Shown in pieces: positions 1 through 8,966 of a stretch of 64,000 nucleotides of DNA. A program made the translations under genes and the position numbers. This DNA is from Candidatus Thorarchaeota archaeon (GTDB lineage Archaea; Asgardarchaeota; Thorarchaeia; Thorarchaeales; Thorarchaeaceae). The notes beneath the pieces were generated by a model, which made no database searches, had not been told where the DNA came from, and saw nothing but the letters and a program-made list of their open reading frames with translations. Every line of letters begins with the position of its first letter. Positions within the stretch are counted from its first letter, which is position 1. Location of the stretch: assembly GCA_004524445.1 (NCBI GenBank), contig SDNP01000004.1:1-64000 (forward strand), in the 5' to 3' direction.

Positions 1-1
1 C

Positions 2-1195
2 CGAGTTGAACATATCGCAGTCCTTTCAAGAAACGAGATTCTGTCAGGGCCAGTTGGCTTCGAGTGGAGATTTGCACCCGGTGAGATGGATGTAGAGGAT
101 TCAATGGGACGAATCGTAGCGATTCTAGACGAAAATGGGAGAGAAACGGCAAGCAAGAAGACTCCTAGAACAAGAATATCTGCTTCCGAGATAAGCACGA
201 ACATAGATTCTATCAGGGTACCAAAACAGATCCAAAGGGACGACAGGCTTTCTGGTTGGATGAGAATTACAAGAAATACAGTAGAGGGAGAAGCTGCTAT
301 TCTCGTTCTTAGTATCGAATATCCTGGAGAGTATGAACAAGTGGTAATGAGACAACCTCTAACCCAGAGAAAGAATCTTTCCGTTTCCTTTGGACCACTG
401 AATCTACCCAAGCCCCGTAGCTTGGGAGATGTGAATGAGTTTAATCTGCGAGCAAAGCTAGTCTATGCAGGAACAATCGCTGATGAAAGAGTTGTCAATA
501 TCCTGCTCACTGAATCGATTTCAAGCATTTTAAAAATCGAATACAGTGGCATATCCAGATTTGTAGAACCAGATGCAATGATAAACGGAGCAGTCCACAT
601 CGAAAACACATCAGATAATGAGATACTTGGAGAGCTTAGTGTTTCAGTGGAGGTCAAGAGCGAAGAGTTAGATCTTCTATCACGCAGAATAAGAATTAGT
701 CCCAAAGAGAACAAAGTCTATCCCGTCCCCTTCAGAATTCCAATTTTTGGAGGGATGACAACAGCCAAAATTCGGTCATTAGTTAGATTTCAGGATACTC
801 TTGTTACAGAAGAACGTAATCTCAAGATTAAACCGTTAGAAATGGCATTCTTTAGCCTAAAATATAGGCTACTTGACCAGTTGGGGAGGGACATTCCTGG
901 GCTTATTGCTAGAAACCAGAAGATTAGCATCGAAATTTGCGGCGTATCAAAATCGAATGCGGAAGATATATTCAGTATACGGCTGAAAATACTTTCAAAA
1001 GACAGCTTGGTGCAAATATTCGAAGCACCCTTGGATATTGGAGATAGTGGAGAATTCAAGGAAACTATTCAATGGGAAACACCAGATGTGGATACAGTAA
1101 CACCGTTCTATCTCGAATCTGAGATTCTTGAAAATGGTGTATCTATCCCCGAAAAAGGGCTAAATCAAAGAGATAAACATTTCACAGTGTATTAG
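2..1195 (+). CDS. Hypothetical protein with multiple Ig-like beta-sandwich domains (5'-truncated by window)
   Basis: Frame is open from position 2 (RVEHIAVLSRNE...). Alternating beta-strand patterns, e.g. AVHIENTSDNEILGELSVSV. Confidence 0.6.
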   Translation, partial: RVEHIAVLSRNEILSGPVGFEWRFAPGEMDVEDSMGRIVAILDENGRETASKKTPRTRISASEISTNIDSIRVPKQIQRDDRLSGWMRITRNTVEGEAAILVLSIEYPGEYEQVVMRQPLTQRKNLSVSFGPLNLPKPRSLGDVNEFNLRAKLVYAGTIADERVVNILLTESISSILKIEYSGISRFVEPDAMINGAVHIENTSDNEILGELSVSVEVKSEELDLLSRRIRISPKENKVYPVPFRIPIFGGMTTAKIRSLVRFQDTLVTEERNLKIKPLEMAFFSLKYRLLDQLGRDIPGLIARNQKISIEICGVSKSNAEDIFSIRLKILSKDSLVQIFEAPLDIGDSGEFKETIQWETPDVDTVTPFYLESEILENGVSIPEKGLNQRDKHFTVY

Positions 1196-1445
1196 TGAAA
1201 AATGAGCCAATATATGGAACATTTTGCAGAATGAATTCCCGATGGCTTGGACAAAACAATTCCATTCACAGCCAATTTTACTATCAAATCTGTCGAACAG
1301 GTATTCGCCAATATGTACAGGCAAGTGCAAAGGTATAATAGGATGTAAAAGATGATTTCTAATCTAGAAAGGGCAAATCACTATTAGATGATATATGCTC
1401 ATATAACACTTTGAAGCAGAATAGCAGCGATAACATATTATAGCG

Positions 1446-2387
1446 ATGACTCTAAAGGACGAACCATATATGATTGACATGCTCTCCCACCCCGTAGTTT
1501 CCGGCCTAATTGTCATGGCTATCATAGGAGCTTTAACATACAAACTTAGATTTGTTGATGTTTCAGGCCTGATTAGTGCTTTTGTTGTTGGCTTCACAGT
1601 GTGGTATACCGGGGGCGTAGCAGCGTTTACCTTGTTACTCTTCTTCTTTGTCAGCGCAGGCATTGCTACAAAATACAAATACAAAACAAAAGCTAAGAAG
1701 AATTTGGCTCAAGAAGGTAAGGGCAGAAGATCGTGGAGAAATGTCTTTGGAAGCGGGATCATCCCAATGTTCTTCTCGATTGGTATTTATTTAACTTCTA
1801 TTCTTACGAGTGATCCGTTCTATCCGTTTGCGATGTTTGGGGGATATGTGGGAGCTGTAGCAACAACAGCAGCCGACACACTAGCAAGTGAGTTTGGTGT
1901 CTTTAGCACGAGCAAACCAAGGCTGATCACGAGTCTCAGACGAAAGGTTCCCAGAGGTACAATTGGTGCTGTATCTTTGCTTGGTGAGGGTGCGGCCTTG
2001 ACAGCAGGCTTTGCTATAGGAATGATCTGTTTGCTCTTTGCATTAGTTGCCCCAGGTTGGATTCCAGTGTACAATCCCACACAATTGTGGATGATATTGC
2101 CACTCGCGGTATTAACGGCATTTATTGGTTGTAATCTCGATAGCTTGTTCGGAGCTGTCTTTCAGAATAGATATGTCTGCGAGATTTGTGGGGCTATAAC
2201 AGACAAGGAATTCCACTGCCAATATGAAACCAAATACATTGGCGGGTTCAAACGTTTCACTAATGCCCATGTCAACCTTGGGTCATCTGGAATGGGGGCT
2301 ACATTAGGTGTTGTTCTCGGAGCGGGTCTTTTTGTTTGGATATTGGGTGGCCTATTTTTCTGGCTTGTTGTATCATCTAGCAACTAG
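1446..2387 (+). CDS. DUF92/TMEM19 family membrane protein
   Basis: Multi-TM. Motifs GRRSWRNVFGSG, ADTLASEFG, GTIGAVSLLG, LDSLFGAVFQ; C-terminal CEICG..HC. Confidence 0.85.
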   Translation: MTLKDEPYMIDMLSHPVVSGLIVMAIIGALTYKLRFVDVSGLISAFVVGFTVWYTGGVAAFTLLLFFFVSAGIATKYKYKTKAKKNLAQEGKGRRSWRNVFGSGIIPMFFSIGIYLTSILTSDPFYPFAMFGGYVGAVATTAADTLASEFGVFSTSKPRLITSLRRKVPRGTIGAVSLLGEGAALTAGFAIGMICLLFALVAPGWIPVYNPTQLWMILPLAVLTAFIGCNLDSLFGAVFQNRYVCEICGAITDKEFHCQYETKYIGGFKRFTNAHVNLGSSGMGATLGVVLGAGLFVWILGGLFFWLVVSSSN

Positions 2388-2606
2388 TATTACGCAAATT
2401 TCGGCTGTTTGAAGCCCGATTCACATGGATTTTGTAGTATTTTCCCGGTTTCTACTATCATTTGAGAAAGAGAATTGACTCTTTGTTGGAGAGGGGTCAT
2501 GCGCCTTAGCTTCGATATACTCAAATAGGCTTCTCAATGTTTGTTGTTGTACGGCAGCAATTGTAAAATCTAATCTGCTGAATGATGAGTTTTTGGAGAA
2601 GATTAT

Positions 2607-3416
2607 TTGTCGAATTTCCCACAATCCAGAGCGTACCCATGGGCACTAATAGGTGTCTTTGCAGCTTTACATCTTGTTATTACTCTAGTCCCATATAACA
2701 TAGCCTTTGGCGGAGGAGAGATATCTTTCGGCATGGTTTCAGCTCCCTTAGTCGGATTCCTTTTAGGACCCTTCTTCGGAACTATTGCAGTGATAATCGG
2801 TTCGGTTATTGCTATGCTCCTGCATGTGGAAATAGCTGTCATGGGTCCGTTTACTGTGTTGGCAACTGCAGCAGGGGCGTTTGCTGCGGGCATGATTAGG
2901 TCTAAAAAACCGCGAGTGGTTCCAATTCTGTATTTGATATCAATTGTAGTGTACCTCATAAGCCCAATTGGAATACTCGTTCCCGAATACACTTGGTTTC
3001 ATGGGGTCGCATTTCTATTCTCAATCCTATTTGTAAGCCCTCGAGTTTCCAATATTCTTCAGGAGTCATTCGAGCCCAAACAAGGAAAAACAAGAGTCTT
3101 TGTGGCTTCGATTTGGTTACTGAGTATTGTATCAATTACAATGGACCAAGCCGTGGGCTCAGCAATAGGCCCATATTATTTCGTCGTCTTACTGGGAAAT
3201 GACGCAGCTGCTTTTGCAGGCTTCTTCGAGTTCGCATTACTGCTTTATCCCATAGAGCGACTCATTGGATCTCTAATACTGACCATAGTTCTAGTACCGC
3301 TGACTGATGTATTATCACAATCCAATCTGGGTATCCCCATTACTAGTTTGAATCCGCTCCAGTATGAAGAACTCTGTGAAAAGGACAGGAGAGAAACAGG
3401 CGCTAAGATGGATTAG
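2607..3416 (+). CDS. ECF transporter S-component-like membrane protein
   Basis: Hydrophobic. N-terminal ALIGVFAAL (AxxxA-type) and LVGFLLGPFFG motifs typical of S components. Confidence 0.6.
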   Translation: MSNFPQSRAYPWALIGVFAALHLVITLVPYNIAFGGGEISFGMVSAPLVGFLLGPFFGTIAVIIGSVIAMLLHVEIAVMGPFTVLATAAGAFAAGMIRSKKPRVVPILYLISIVVYLISPIGILVPEYTWFHGVAFLFSILFVSPRVSNILQESFEPKQGKTRVFVASIWLLSIVSITMDQAVGSAIGPYYFVVLLGNDAAAFAGFFEFALLLYPIERLIGSLILTIVLVPLTDVLSQSNLGIPITSLNPLQYEELCEKDRRETGAKMD

Positions 3417-3570
3417 GGAAAATAAAATCAGCCTTTTCTTATGTTTTAGAACGAAAGTTCATATGCATTCAGTACAATTACACATCGGAACGGGGGTTTC
3501 GCCCCTCCAAACTGTACACCACAAAATAGTAGGTTTTCAGGAGAAAACACATATTTCAAATAGAGGTATT

Positions 3571-4380
3571 CTACCTGTTTTTCTTTCTGGTCAGCACAAG
3601 CACCATTACCAATCCTATGAGAAATCCAGGTATAGTTGTTAGGCCCCATTCTATCTGGTACAGATATGGCATTTCAACGGGTACTAATGGAAATTGGGGG
3701 AACATAATATATCCAACCATATTCCATGAAAAATGGAATCCAATGGGTAGCCAGAGCTTGTTGCCAGTACGAAAATATCCCACACCTAGAACTATGCCTC
3801 CCATGGCAATATTGAGAGTGAATAGAATTACCAAGAGCATTGATACAGATCCAAGAGGAATCCACCAGCTGAAGTGAAGAAGTGAGAAAACTGCTGAGCT
3901 TCCAATAATGGCCATTCTTCTACCTATCAGTTGGGTCATTCTACTGAGGAGGTAGCCGCGGTAACACAGTTCCTCTAGTAGAGCCGTAGGAATAGTGATG
4001 ATGATTTGTCCCATAATAAGATTGGACCCGATTTCTGAAAGCGGCCTGAGGGTGCCTCCGAATACGATTGCCATCAATACTACGAAGAATGCGGATATGG
4101 CCCCAGATACGAGTCCAATGCTCAAATCAATGTTCATTTTTTCGTCATCAATATTCAAACCAAGAGGCCCCAGTGAGTCTTCCCCTTCCCAATTTACAAA
4201 AGATAGTGGAGTTATGTAAAGCAGGAAGAATGTGAGAAAGAAGACCACTGAGCCAACAAGCGGATATAGATTAGTTCCTTGCAACGGCCGAACGACAAAT
4301 GGTGAAAGGCTAACTATTAGGAACATGATTCCGATAAACAATAGAATTCTCAATGCCCGTTTTGTAATAGCTCCAACCAT
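3571..4380 (-). CDS. CPBP family intramembrane glutamic endopeptidase (CAAX protease/Abi)
   Basis: EELCYRG, FSLLH and HFSWN motifs; GAGGTG RBS before ATG at 4380. Confidence 0.9.
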   Translation of the reverse strand: MVGAITKRALRILLFIGIMFLIVSLSPFVVRPLQGTNLYPLVGSVVFFLTFFLLYITPLSFVNWEGEDSLGPLGLNIDDEKMNIDLSIGLVSGAISAFFVVLMAIVFGGTLRPLSEIGSNLIMGQIIITIPTALLEELCYRGYLLSRMTQLIGRRMAIIGSSAVFSLLHFSWWIPLGSVSMLLVILFTLNIAMGGIVLGVGYFRTGNKLWLPIGFHFSWNMVGYIMFPQFPLVPVEMPYLYQIEWGLTTIPGFLIGLVMVLVLTRKKNR

Positions 4381-4557
4381 ATTCAGCACCTCTTCTTCGG
4401 GATTCTACACATAATAAAATCTATCCGGTTTCAGGAGACATATGTCGAGCCAACTCATTTAAGTAACCGATTCAATTTGAATTCGCACAGTCTGTAAGGG
4501 TAATTAGAGTAAAGAATATCAGACAGTGGCTGCTTGAAGAGCAGGAGAGATTGACCC

Positions 4558-5940
4558 TTGTCCGAAACGCGGAGGCTACTACTGGAGTTCAAGACGGAAG
4601 AAGTCGGAAAGCTTGCCAGAGAAAACAAGCAGACCAAAAAGGAGCTTGTAAAGGCGTTTTCTGATCCTTCAGAAGTTGTTAGAGAAAGAGCCCTAATTGC
4701 CGCCATGGATTTCGCGAGTCCAGAAATTGTGCCCGAGGTTGAAGAAGTATTATCAGACGATGATGCTGCTGAGGTACGAATTGCTGCTGCTCAAGCTTTA
4801 GCTTGGTATCAACAACCAAGATCGATTCCTACACTATTGCGTGGCTTGAAGGACCAAAATACCTGGGTAAAATCACATTCAGCAGCTGGTCTCTCCAAAT
4901 TGGTTAACGGACCCATTTGGGCTCGGGTAGACGAAGAAACAGTAGATACAATCCTAAATGGTTTTCCGGATATGACTGATGAACAGGTTAGAAATCTATT
5001 ATTGCGAATTGAAGCACGTTCGAATCAGATAGACAAATTCATGCGATGGCGTGAACAGGATTTCAATATCGAAATTGACGAGTCTGTTATTCAGGACAAA
5101 TTAGAAGGAAAGCCAATTCTCGTGAAGGAACCAAGACCTATTGATGTATCGGAAGAGAGAGATGACACTCTACCTAAGGGGCTTAGTCCAGAAGTTGAAG
5201 AGATATTGTTGGAGCTTCCCCCCCACATGAGAGATTCATTGCCAGAAGAGGACTTGGTACGGCTAAATCCAAAGAGTGCACGCGAGCTTGTGGATTCGCT
5301 TATCTCTTCATTCCCAGAGGGCGAGAAACCCAAAGAAAAGAAGAAAGCTGTCAAAGTTAGGAGAGTCAAAAGGGTCCGGAGAAAGAAGAAAGGACCAGCC
5401 AGAGAAGAGTTGATAGGTCAAATTCCAGACGAAGTTAAAGATTCGCTTCCAAAAGGAACTCTAGAAGGACTCTCAATAGAAGAACTTGAGGCACTGGTAT
5501 CAGCAGAATCAGAAGCTGCTATGCCAAAAGATATTGAAAAAGAAGTAACATATGAAGCAGAAGAAACAGTAGAAAGGAATTTGCAGAGCATTTCTGGTGT
5601 GGGACCCACCCTGGAAGCCAATCTTATTGAAGCGGGATTTGATACTATAGAAAAGATTGCAGCAGCAGATACCAAAGTCATTGAAAAAGAGGTCAATGGC
5701 TTGGGCTCTAAAGGCTCTGCAGACCTTGTTGCTAAGGCAAAACAGCATCTCGGTATTGCAGATGAAAAAGAAGAAGAAACATCAGACTCTGAACTTGTTG
5801 AGAAATATGGTAAGGAAAAAGCAGCCATTTTGTCACTGATGCCTGCAGGAATGCTGGCAGATATACCAGAAGAGCAAATCAAGGAAATGGATGTTGATAC
5901 CTTGAAGGATTTGGCAGACGCTCTAGAGCCAAAAGACTGA
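4558..5940 (+). CDS. HEAT-repeat protein with helix-hairpin-helix domain and three internal LP-containing helical repeats
   Basis: PBS/HEAT repeats (EVRIAAAQALA, WVKSHSAAGLS); HhH LQSISGVGPTLEANLIEAGFDTIEKIA...VNGLG. Confidence 0.75.
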   Translation: MSETRRLLLEFKTEEVGKLARENKQTKKELVKAFSDPSEVVRERALIAAMDFASPEIVPEVEEVLSDDDAAEVRIAAAQALAWYQQPRSIPTLLRGLKDQNTWVKSHSAAGLSKLVNGPIWARVDEETVDTILNGFPDMTDEQVRNLLLRIEARSNQIDKFMRWREQDFNIEIDESVIQDKLEGKPILVKEPRPIDVSEERDDTLPKGLSPEVEEILLELPPHMRDSLPEEDLVRLNPKSARELVDSLISSFPEGEKPKEKKKAVKVRRVKRVRRKKKGPAREELIGQIPDEVKDSLPKGTLEGLSIEELEALVSAESEAAMPKDIEKEVTYEAEETVERNLQSISGVGPTLEANLIEAGFDTIEKIAAADTKVIEKEVNGLGSKGSADLVAKAKQHLGIADEKEEETSDSELVEKYGKEKAAILSLMPAGMLADIPEEQIKEMDVDTLKDLADALEPKD

Positions 5941-5941
5941 G

Positions 5942-7231
5942 CTAGTCAGTTTCACGGATTACAACTGCAAACTCACTTGCTAGTCGGCCATACCATTCGA
6001 GAAGGTCTCTCATATTATCGACATGCCGATATGTTCCATTACCATATTGGGAAATAGCAAGCATTAGCTCTTCATCTATTTCGGCCCGCCCACCCAATCC
6101 AATACAATAGATTACAATTCTATTTCTATCTGGAAATCTTTCCTTCAACACTTTCAGCGGCGGCGGACCGGAAGTGGTCATGCCATCCGTAAGTAAAATT
6201 ATCATGGTAGGTTTCTGTTTGCCGCCAAAAGCCTCTAGGATATCCGCAGCTTTGGCAAGCGCATTTCCCATATCCGTTAAGGTTCCACCTTCTTCCACTT
6301 TATCAACAACATGAGTACTGATTATTTGGAGACCGAGCGATTTATCCTTGCCAGTGCATTCAACAAACGGTTGAACCTCTCCGGTTTCTGAATTCAGGAA
6401 AGTCATCTCTGATACGGTTTTTTCAAATGTGATGACTCCGACCTTTTCACCGTATCCGCGACCCACCTTTTCAGCTAGGTACAGAAGAACAGCCATTGCC
6501 GCAGCTTCTGCTCGGTTTACATTCTTTCCTTCCTCGAAACGATCCAAAAATGCTCGCACTTCTGGATTATCGCCGGCTAAATCCTTTAGACCCTCTCTTG
6601 CATGGGCGATATCTCGAACAGGAACATCTGATGTCTTCATAGAACCGCTTGTGTCAACACAAAGAATGGCGTTGAAGGGAGTAGCAATCCCCACAGTCTT
6701 GAATTGATAACCTGTTTTCTCCTTTAGCGCCTCGAAGGCAAGCTTTGCAAAACTCTGCCCAGTCAAAGAGGGTCGAGTATTTAGAATTTCAACCTTGACT
6801 TTCAGCTCTGGCCAGTTAAATGACATACCTGGGTATACAAGCCGTCCTCCAATCATAGATTCCAGAGAATCAACATTCTCGGCTGCTCGTGTGACCAAAT
6901 CATCGGTATTGGCCTCTTCCGCCAAGGGTTTCAGACCAAACTCAACATATTGGAGAGCAATCATGTCTTCATCGTACAGGCTGACCTCTACGATATCCCC
7001 TTCCATGAGCAAAGAGGCTTCCAAGACTAACATATCAACATGAATTTCTCCTTTGTCAACATCTTTACTCTTGCGAATTTCTGCAGCACCCCAGAATCCA
7101 CTCTGTTCCTCTTGGAAAATAACAATCGAGCCCAAATCCGCTCCCAAGTCTTTTGCCGTTTCGGGATTCAGCAAGGCAAAGCCTCTCAAATCCCCGCCAT
7201 CGATTATTTCCAAGTTCTTGTGTTTTGAGAT
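5942..7231 (-). CDS. CDC48-N/Ufd1-like double-psi-barrel + vWA domain protein
   Basis: N-term ALLNPETAKDLG...GDIVEV resembles the CDC48 N domain. The vWA MIDAS is intact (DTSGS, GGTLT, LLTDG). Start uncertain (ATC 7231 after GGAGG, or TTG 7213). Confidence 0.75.
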   Translation of the reverse strand: MSKHKNLEIIDGGDLRGFALLNPETAKDLGADLGSIVIFQEEQSGFWGAAEIRKSKDVDKGEIHVDMLVLEASLLMEGDIVEVSLYDEDMIALQYVEFGLKPLAEEANTDDLVTRAAENVDSLESMIGGRLVYPGMSFNWPELKVKVEILNTRPSLTGQSFAKLAFEALKEKTGYQFKTVGIATPFNAILCVDTSGSMKTSDVPVRDIAHAREGLKDLAGDNPEVRAFLDRFEEGKNVNRAEAAAMAVLLYLAEKVGRGYGEKVGVITFEKTVSEMTFLNSETGEVQPFVECTGKDKSLGLQIISTHVVDKVEEGGTLTDMGNALAKAADILEAFGGKQKPTMIILLTDGMTTSGPPPLKVLKERFPDRNRIVIYCIGLGGRAEIDEELMLAISQYGNGTYRHVDNMRDLLEWYGRLASEFAVVIRETD

Positions 7232-7304
7232 GGTTTGTTCCTCCGTTGGGATTCTAGGTACTCTGATAGAGATTATGGATATAAAACATGGTACGGTCTT
7301 CTCG

Positions 7305-8804
7305 TCATTCCATAATATCGTCAAGTTTTGATAACATAACAGCAATATTTTCGGCGGGTTGACTGTTGTCATGAAAGGCACGAAGTAGCGGATTATCAGA
7401 TGACATTGATGATTCAGCTAGCGTCATTAGAGATGGAAAAGGGCCTGATCCATGAATATTAAGTGATATGTAGTCATTTTGTTGCTGAGTAACCCAAAAA
7501 ATCAATTCTCTATCTGAATCTTCATGCCTAAAAGACAATACTTGCTCCTCAAGATCGATTCCAGAATACTTTCTTCGCTGGGACTGTTTGCTTGTCAGGT
7601 ATTTTTGACCAGACGGGGGCAAGTAATCTATGGATGTCAAGTCCCAACCACGTTTAAGGAGATGCTTCGTAACGGACATTGCAACAAAGGTGCTTTGTTG
7701 GTTGTCATCTTTGCAGATGATTTGTTGAGGAGCTAGATTCGTTTTGCGGTATGTCAATACGGGCCTATTGATGATCCTCAAGGCGTTACCTCCCAGAACA
7801 TTCTGGATATCGCGAGGCCCGCCCAGAAAGTCGCGTGACAGTAAATGCAGAATGAGTTCAGCTGCTTGTACTGAGAGAAACGAATAGTCTGTTCCAAAAA
7901 GAATCTTCTCAGACCAAATGTTGTTTCCAGCCCCCATTTGGTCGTGAGCGCTTTCAAATAACAGGGGTATATCCCGGTCATGCAAAGATGACGTGTCTAT
8001 AGAGAAAGACGAATCGTGCAGTATTTCATAGAGCTCTGATTTCCCTGGGCTCATGGCAGAGTGAGCTAGAATAATAGATGGAGAGAATGACGCATTATTG
8101 ATATCTTCCCTAATGGATTCTATGAGATTCCTTATTCTAATTGCCGTTCGAATATTCCGAGAATCAACTATGATGGGCATGCCCAATTTATACGCTTCTT
8201 GAACAATGCGTTTCATTTGATCGCTTTCAATAGAATCTAAAAATAATTGGGCGAGGGGATGAAGCTTTAGACCCCTCAGGCCCAGTTCAGTTGCAGATCG
8301 TCTAATCTCCTCCACGGGTGTTTGAGGCTCAATTGCTAGAGCGTCATTTGGGTCAACACGGCAAAACCCAATCAGTCTGGAGGAGTGAGGAGCCCTTGTG
8401 GTCCAACCTGCAATCTTGTCATTTGAAATTTTGAAAGAAGCAGTGTCATCATTCGTTCTACCAGAATAATCGTCGGTATAAGGAAAAGCAATTGTCCGAT
8501 CAACCAGCCAACCATGATTCCATCTGTTCCAGTTTCTTCTCAACTGGAATATTGATTTCTGAAGGGGAGGAGGGATAATCCGAATGGGCTCAAAGAGAAG
8601 TCTATCACTATCCTTCAGTTCCTTGGCAAGCTTCTTCAATTCAAACCAGAGAAGAGTATAAAATTCGTAAGCACTTGTGGGACTGTTACGATGGCTGCCT
8701 TCTTTTCCCATATGGTGATGTGCATCAACAATATAGAATTGATACACATCATCTTTTTTGACCCCATTGTCAGGATCATCGTCTAAGGCACGCACTCTCA
8801 GCAT
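7305..8804 (-). CDS. Amidohydrolase-superfamily (Amidohydro_2-like) metallohydrolase with C-terminal extension
   Basis: IVDAHHH, RLIGFCRVDP, GLRGLKLHP, IILAH and KILFGTDY motifs. Confidence 0.85.
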   Translation of the reverse strand: MLRVRALDDDPDNGVKKDDVYQFYIVDAHHHMGKEGSHRNSPTSAYEFYTLLWFELKKLAKELKDSDRLLFEPIRIIPPPLQKSIFQLRRNWNRWNHGWLVDRTIAFPYTDDYSGRTNDDTASFKISNDKIAGWTTRAPHSSRLIGFCRVDPNDALAIEPQTPVEEIRRSATELGLRGLKLHPLAQLFLDSIESDQMKRIVQEAYKLGMPIIVDSRNIRTAIRIRNLIESIREDINNASFSPSIILAHSAMSPGKSELYEILHDSSFSIDTSSLHDRDIPLLFESAHDQMGAGNNIWSEKILFGTDYSFLSVQAAELILHLLSRDFLGGPRDIQNVLGGNALRIINRPVLTYRKTNLAPQQIICKDDNQQSTFVAMSVTKHLLKRGWDLTSIDYLPPSGQKYLTSKQSQRRKYSGIDLEEQVLSFRHEDSDRELIFWVTQQQNDYISLNIHGSGPFPSLMTLAESSMSSDNPLLRAFHDNSQPAENIAVMLSKLDDIME

Positions 8805-8966
8805 TCTCTATTTCTTCCCTGCGCAGATTGGCTAAGGTAGGGGATGAGATAAATCATTGCCAGAGGAGGTATGTAAGAAATCCCCTATCAAGATAAATAA
8901 CCTAAATTAGGCACCGGAGATACGTAGACGTGTGTATATGGCTGTGATGGAGAGAATGAAGTCAGA

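Noticed and set aside
3571-4380. Abi-type phage defence role for the CPBP protease, or a defence island with MazG/TatD
   Set aside because: The genes are scattered among housekeeping genes with no defence context.
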